Below, piece after piece: positions 59,439 through 64,000 of a stretch of 64,000 nucleotides of DNA (positions are counted from its first letter, which is position 1; every line of letters begins with the position of its first letter). The DNA is from Pseudomonadota bacterium. GTDB lineage: Bacteria; Myxococcota_A; UBA796; GCA-2862545. The DNA is taken from positions 8,553 to 72,552 of the forward strand of contig JAGSGY010000015.1 in assembly GCA_023954855.1 (NCBI GenBank). Reading direction: 5' to 3'. Under the pieces are notes generated by a model, which searched no databases, was not told where the DNA came from, and saw only the letters and a program-made list of their open reading frames with translations. A program made the position numbers and the translations under genes.

Positions 59439-60938
59439 CTATTCGGTCGGGGTGGCGGCCTTGGTGACCGTACAGGCCTTGGGGGTGCCGTCGTCGACGG
59501 ACAGCGCGCCTTGGCCCTGCTCCACGACGTAGCGCACCGCCATGCCGTCCTCGGCGACAGTGAAGGTACAGTCGAGCACCTGACCGCTATCGAACATGAG
59601 CTGAGCGACGTTTGGGCCGGGGTAGACGTTCACGTGTCCGCGGGTGCGAAGCAGCGTGTCGTCCACCAGCGCATCGGCGTCGGAGGGGAAGACGAGCTTC
59701 ACGCGCACCTTGCCGTCCGGAGGCTCGACCGACACCACCGGCTGTGGCGGAGCGATGACGCCCTGAGTGGCGCCAGCGCGCTGGTCGGTCACCAGCTTCA
59801 GCATCGCGAGGGCGCCGAGCATCAGCACCATGAAGGTGAGCGCCCCGACGAACACATACGGAGCCCACTCAGCCAGCGGGCTGCGCACCGGGCGCATGTG
59901 GGTGCCGGTGGGGTTGGTCAGCTGTCCGGTCACTTCGCGGAGGAAGTTGCCGTCGTCGTCATCGCGGCCGGCGTCGTCGGGGCTGATCTTCGGGCGGGAC
60001 TCGTAGATCGGCAGCACGGTGGTGCGGGCGAACTCGACCAAACCAATGCGGTGCGAGGGGTCGATCGCGTACAAACACTGCTCGAGGTCGCGGGCGGCGT
60101 CGAGGGCGGTGGGTCGGTAGTCGCGGTCGTATGCGCACATCTTGCGGATGACCGCGCGAAGGTCCTCGAGGGCAGCCTGGCTCATGCCGGGCACGTTGAG
60201 GTAGCCGAGCTGTCGGTTCATCGCCTGATCGTGGGTGATCGGGTTGATCGACAGGCTCATCGTGCGGCCGGTCAACAGCTCGAAGAGGGACATGCCGGCG
60301 GAGTAGACGTCCACACTCGGTGAGTCGCTGATGCCGTCCAGGCGCTCGGGAGCCATGTACGGGCGTGAGCCCATGACGACCGACTCGGTCTGTGCCTCGC
60401 GACCGTCGAACTCACCCTTGGCAATGCCGAAGTCGACGACCTTGACCTCGCCGTGAATCGACAGCATCACGTTCGAGGGCTTCATGTCGCGGTGGATGAC
60501 GCGCAGCGGGCGACCATCGTCTGCCGCCGTCTCGTTGTAGGCGACGTGCAGAGCCAGGCAGGCCTGGCGGGTGAGCTCGAGGGCGACCGAGCCGACGAGC
60601 CCGTCCTTGAAGCGAAGCAAGAGCGCGTCGAGCGACACACCCTGCACGTGCTCCATCACGACGACCGGGCGACCGCCGACATCCATCAGGCGCTCGACGC
60701 GCACGATGTTTGGATGGCTGATGCGCGAGAGCAGCCGCGCTTCGTCACGGGTGCGGTTCAAGATCTTGTCGTTGCGGGCGTAGGCGCCCTTGAGGATCTT
60801 CAGCGCGACCTTACGCCGGAGTGGGTCGCCGGTGACCCGGGCAACGCACACCGTTCCAAACGATCCTTCGCCAAGGATCTCCAGAATTTCGAATGGTCCC
60901 GCTGCGCGGTTCAAGCTGACCCCGTGTGTCGCGCGCAC
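59439..60938 (-). CDS. Ser/Thr protein kinase with TM segment and extracytoplasmic C-terminal domain
   Basis: GEGSFGTV...VALKILK, HRDMKPSNVML, DFGIAKG, APE. TM helix YVFVGALTFMVLMLGALAML. Confidence 0.9.
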   Translation of the reverse strand: MRATHGVSLNRAAGPFEILEILGEGSFGTVCVARVTGDPLRRKVALKILKGAYARNDKILNRTRDEARLLSRISHPNIVRVERLMDVGGRPVVVMEHVQGVSLDALLLRFKDGLVGSVALELTRQACLALHVAYNETAADDGRPLRVIHRDMKPSNVMLSIHGEVKVVDFGIAKGEFDGREAQTESVVMGSRPYMAPERLDGISDSPSVDVYSAGMSLFELLTGRTMSLSINPITHDQAMNRQLGYLNVPGMSQAALEDLRAVIRKMCAYDRDYRPTALDAARDLEQCLYAIDPSHRIGLVEFARTTVLPIYESRPKISPDDAGRDDDDGNFLREVTGQLTNPTGTHMRPVRSPLAEWAPYVFVGALTFMVLMLGALAMLKLVTDQRAGATQGVIAPPQPVVSVEPPDGKVRVKLVFPSDADALVDDTLLRTRGHVNVYPGPNVAQLMFDSGQVLDCTFTVAEDGMAVRYVVEQGQGALSVDDGTPKACTVTKAATPTE

Positions 60939-60957
60939 TATACCAATGCGGGGCCGC

Positions 60958-61545
60958 TTACTTCGAGGCTTCGGCCCGGGTGCGAATGCCCTGAAGCTGG
61001 TCCTGCAGTGCGCCGTTGGTCATCCAGCGCTTGATCCATCCCGGCACGCGTCGGCCCGAGTCCGAGGTTCCCGCGTAGATCAGACGCGATCCGCCGTTGT
61101 GCTCGAAGGCCTGGTAGAAGCCCTCGGCTTTGACGACCTCGTTCTCCTTGGTGGGGTCGAGGGCGTACTCGGCGAGGTGCGCATCGCGATCGATCACGTA
61201 GAGCGTCGAGAAGTTGATGCCGACGCCCATCACTGACAGCTCGAAGTTCACGCCGAGGTTCTCGGCCTCTTCGCGGTAGTACGCGACGTTTTCGATGCTG
61301 GACACTTCGTCGACGCGTGCCTTGACGTCCAACACCGCGTCGAGGGCCTTTGCAGGAGGGGCGGCGATGTCGACGATCGCGATCGTGATCGCACCGGTCT
61401 CGGTGGTCTCCTGGCGCACCACCACTTCGCGTGCGGTGAGCTTGGCGGCTTCGTCTTCCGACACCACCGGTCGCTCGCCTGGGGTGGCGGCGATCAGCCA
61501 GGGCGCGATGAAGAGCAGGGCGAGGGGGCGCAGAAACCGGATCAG
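60958..61545 (-). CDS. Secreted SRPBCC/START-like domain protein (probable non-canonical start codon)
   Basis: Track ORF starts at GTG 61467, but the in-frame upstream 26 codons encode a textbook signal peptide (I)RFLRPLALLFIAPWLIAATPGERP with no ATG/GTG/TTG before the stop at 61570-61572. GGGAGG lies 5 nt before CTG (61543-61545) and 8 nt before ATC (61540-61542). Confidence 0.5.
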   Translation of the reverse strand: MIRFLRPLALLFIAPWLIAATPGERPVVSEDEAAKLTAREVVVRQETTETGAITIAIVDIAAPPAKALDAVLDVKARVDEVSSIENVAYYREEAENLGVNFELSVMGVGINFSTLYVIDRDAHLAEYALDPTKENEVVKAEGFYQAFEHNGGSRLIYAGTSDSGRRVPGWIKRWMTNGALQDQLQGIRTRAEASK

Positions 61546-61588
61546 AGGAACCTCCCGGGGGACTGGAGTCTAGCAGGGCCACAACCCG

Positions 61589-63070
61589 TCAGCGGCGCCG
61601 CCGAATCCACGGAATCAGGCCGAGAAGCCAGAGGCTCGCGAATGGGGCGGAAGACTGGCAACCGCAGCCGCCAGCGAGCGTCGGGTCGAGCACCACGACG
61701 TGGCTGCGATCGGGGGCGCTCCAGTCGGTGCCGTCGCCGACCACGAGCTCGAAGATGTGCGTGCCCGGCGTGGTGACCCGGAAGGTGGGGTTCGGGCCGT
61801 CGGCGTCGAGCAAGGTCACGTCAGGGCCGGCCACCTGGCTCCACTCGAAGGTGGGCGTGCCCGGGGCCGAGGAGCCCGTGCCGTCGAGGATGATCGTGTC
61901 GCCGACATAGGCGAGGAAGGGCAGGCCGGCGTCGGCGTGCAGGGTGTCCGAGCCGGGTTCTCCGGTGTCTCCGGTGTCGCCGGGCTCGGGCGCGTACTCT
62001 TCGCGGATCATCTGCCACAGGTCGGGGTCGTTGTCGTCGTAGTGCAGCGCCCAGAAACCAATGCCCTGAATGCCCACGTCGTCGGCATAGCGCACCCGGG
62101 CCCGCAACGACTCGAGGTCGCCGTAGAAGCCCTGGGTGGTGGAGGTGCGCCAGAACGGCGTCGATGTGTGCGCGTCCCACTCGCGACCGTGGGTCTCGGC
62201 CAGAGGCCAGGCGTCCTTCCACAGGCGGACTGCGCCGTCTCCCGTGCGCTCTCCTGGCAAGGCGCTCGGGTCGACCACCGGCCACTCGCGTCCGTACAGG
62301 GGAAGGCCGAGGATGATCCGCTCGGGGTCGGCACCATTGGTGGTGACGTAGTCGTTGACGGACCAGTCGAGGGACCAGGCGGCCCAGATTCCGCCGCCGT
62401 AGATCGGGTCGAGCGGACCGGGGTTTCCGCCGGACCAGTGGTAGCCGTAGCCCATGATGAACAGGTCGGCGTGGTCGGTCAGCGAGCTGTAGTCCCAGGC
62501 ATCGGACCAGTCGACAGCAGGGGTGGCCAGCACGATGTCGCCGACGTCCGCGGCCTCGAGCTCGCGGATAAAGGTCACCAGGGTGCTGCGCTCCGAGGAG
62601 GGCAGGCTCTCGAAGTCGACGTTCACGCCGTGCGCGCCGGTGCCGTCCACCCAGGCCTTGACCTGAGTGACCAGGGTGGCTCGGTGAGCCGAGTTGCTCA
62701 ACAGGGTGGCGAGCTCGGTCGTGTTGAAGTTCGTGATGCACAGGTGCACCCGGACGTCGTACGGAGCGCCCATGGCGACCGCGGTGGCTGCGTCATCCCA
62801 GCGGTTCGTGTCGCCCAACGTGCCGTCGGGGTTCACGTTTGCAGAAAAGATCGCGAGATGGGTCAGGTCGTCCCAAGGCACCGCATTGAGATCTGCAGCC
62901 CAGTAGGCCTGGTAGCCGTACACCGTGTGGTCGGGACCCGGGGTCGCAGCACCTCGGGGCATGCGCGGGGCTTCGGCGGTGGGCGTGAGATGCCCGAACA
63001 GCTGGCGATGCGCCTCGTGCTCCGGCAATGCGGATGCTGTGGCCAAAAGGGCCAAAACGATCGCAAACAT
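61589..63070 (-). CDS. Glycoside hydrolase family 18 (chitinase-like) secreted protein with C-terminal Ig/PKD-like domain and MYXO-CTERM
   Basis: MFAIVLALLATASA signal. GH18 core with HGVNVDFESL at the DxxDxDxE position. Ends GGCGCQSSAPFASLWLLGLIPWIRRRR. Confidence 0.85.
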   Translation of the reverse strand: MFAIVLALLATASALPEHEAHRQLFGHLTPTAEAPRMPRGAATPGPDHTVYGYQAYWAADLNAVPWDDLTHLAIFSANVNPDGTLGDTNRWDDAATAVAMGAPYDVRVHLCITNFNTTELATLLSNSAHRATLVTQVKAWVDGTGAHGVNVDFESLPSSERSTLVTFIRELEAADVGDIVLATPAVDWSDAWDYSSLTDHADLFIMGYGYHWSGGNPGPLDPIYGGGIWAAWSLDWSVNDYVTTNGADPERIILGLPLYGREWPVVDPSALPGERTGDGAVRLWKDAWPLAETHGREWDAHTSTPFWRTSTTQGFYGDLESLRARVRYADDVGIQGIGFWALHYDDNDPDLWQMIREEYAPEPGDTGDTGEPGSDTLHADAGLPFLAYVGDTIILDGTGSSAPGTPTFEWSQVAGPDVTLLDADGPNPTFRVTTPGTHIFELVVGDGTDWSAPDRSHVVVLDPTLAGGCGCQSSAPFASLWLLGLIPWIRRRR

Positions 63071-63231
63071 AGAAGGCTCCAGATCGAGAGAACAGCGGTC
63101 CTTAGCATGTCCTCGGCCGATGCGTCACAAGGGCATGCAATAGCTTGGTCGCTGCATCGTAAGGTGAACAGCGATTGCCGCGTTGTCCACACGTGGCTAC
63201 CCTTGTCGCGTAACTACTGGAGCATTGGACG

Positions 63232-63948
63232 ATGGGCTTCTTCGACCGTATCGCGAACGTCTGGCGCGGATTCCTTTCCCTCTGGGTCTCTGACCTCGAG
63301 GCCCGCAACCCAGAGGCTGTCTACGAGGCGGCCATCGACGAGCGCGTGCGCAAGCACCGCGACCTCAAGAAGGCGGTGTCTGGCATCGTCTACTTGCGGA
63401 ACAAGATCTCCAACGAGCTCGAGCAGTATGAGCGCGAGCTTCGCGAGGTCATGAACCAACTTCCGATCGCCATCCAAGAGGGCGAAGACGAAGTGGCGCT
63501 GGTCCTCATCCAGAAGAAGGATGAGCTCACCGGCCAGATCGAGACCCTCTCCGCCGAGCTGACCAAGGTCAGTGACCAGGCCGAAGAGGCCAAGTCCGGA
63601 CTCCTCGAGTTCCAGAGCGAGATCGAGAAGCTCAAGCGCGAGAAGGAAGAGATGCTGGCCAAGAAGGCCAACGCCGAGGCGCGCATCTCGATTCAGGAGA
63701 CCCTCGACGGACTCTCCACCGACGCCGACATCAAGGCGCTCGACAACGTGCGTGAGCAGATCAACAAGACCCAGGCCGAGGCCGACATCGGCAGCGAGAT
63801 CCAGGGCGACAGCCTCGACGCGAAGCTCAAGAAGATCCGCGCCAAGGCTGCTGACTCTTCGGCTCGCAACCAGCTCGATGAGATGAAGCGCCAGATGGCG
63901 GCCCGCAGCGCGGCCTCCGAGGGTGCTGGCGTCAAGAAGACCATCTAG
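63232..63948 (+). CDS. pspA: PspA/IM30 (phage shock protein A / Vipp1) family protein
   Basis: MGFFDRIANVWRGFLSLWVSDLEARNPEAVYEAAIDE... matches the conserved PspA N-terminus. Long coiled-coil. 238 aa. Confidence 0.9.
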   Translation: MGFFDRIANVWRGFLSLWVSDLEARNPEAVYEAAIDERVRKHRDLKKAVSGIVYLRNKISNELEQYERELREVMNQLPIAIQEGEDEVALVLIQKKDELTGQIETLSAELTKVSDQAEEAKSGLLEFQSEIEKLKREKEEMLAKKANAEARISIQETLDGLSTDADIKALDNVREQINKTQAEADIGSEIQGDSLDAKLKKIRAKAADSSARNQLDEMKRQMAARSAASEGAGVKKTI

Positions 63949-64000
63949 TCGTGCTTCCCGACCGAAGCAGAGCCGCGGAAGATGCGTTCGTCACCCAGTG

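Noticed and set aside
63100-63231. Possible sigma-54 (-24/-12) promoter upstream of pspA
   Set aside because: No convincing TGGCAC-N5-TTGCA match was found, only partial GG...GC spacing. Not supported.
61700-63454. 584-aa plus-strand ORF
   Set aside because: Antisense to the GH18 gene and extends across the pspA promoter. Composition is non-protein-like.

Overview
This is a gene-dense, high-GC (roughly 68-70%) chromosomal segment with a strong GC3 codon bias. It is almost certainly from a myxobacterium (Myxococcota): three secreted proteins end in MYXO-CTERM-type tails (GCGC...hydrophobic...RRRR), MopE-like Cys/Asp metal-binding repeats are present, and lipoproteins are abundant. I count about 55 protein-coding genes. 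There are no rRNA or tRNA genes, no CRISPR array, and no IS or transposon. Recognisable genes include mdh, ltaE, gpmI, selB, aspS, a UvrD-type helicase, selO/ydiU and pspA. Also present are a GH1 glycosidase, a GH18 family protein, an acyl-CoA dehydrogenase, an SDR oxidoreductase, a nitrilase, a TetR regulator, a CrtW-like desaturase, a gldAFG-like ABC operon and two Ser/Thr kinases. Interleaved with these are many lineage-specific secreted proteins and lipoproteins: vWA domains, a Pmp-like beta-helix adhesin, a PSCyt1 heme-motif lipoprotein, a BsuPI-like inhibitor domain and acidic (DTDA)n linkers. The most unusual feature is a translationally coupled operon aspS -> Mesh1/SpoT-like HD (p)ppGpp hydrolase -> a 62-aa stand-alone homologue of the ribosomal L7/L12 C-terminal domain. 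Other features of note are a cluster of GYF-like (DUF4339) proteins with zinc ribbons and an SPFH protein, an orphan selB, a promoter-driven 49-codon ORF in an AT-rich island, and a secreted SRPBCC protein that appears to use a non-ATG/GTG/TTG start codon. The supplied ORF track extends ORFs to the most upstream ATG/GTG/TTG and reports many long antisense ORFs typical of high-GC DNA. Gene starts were therefore re-evaluated using signal peptides, conserved N-termini and Shine-Dalgarno sequences.
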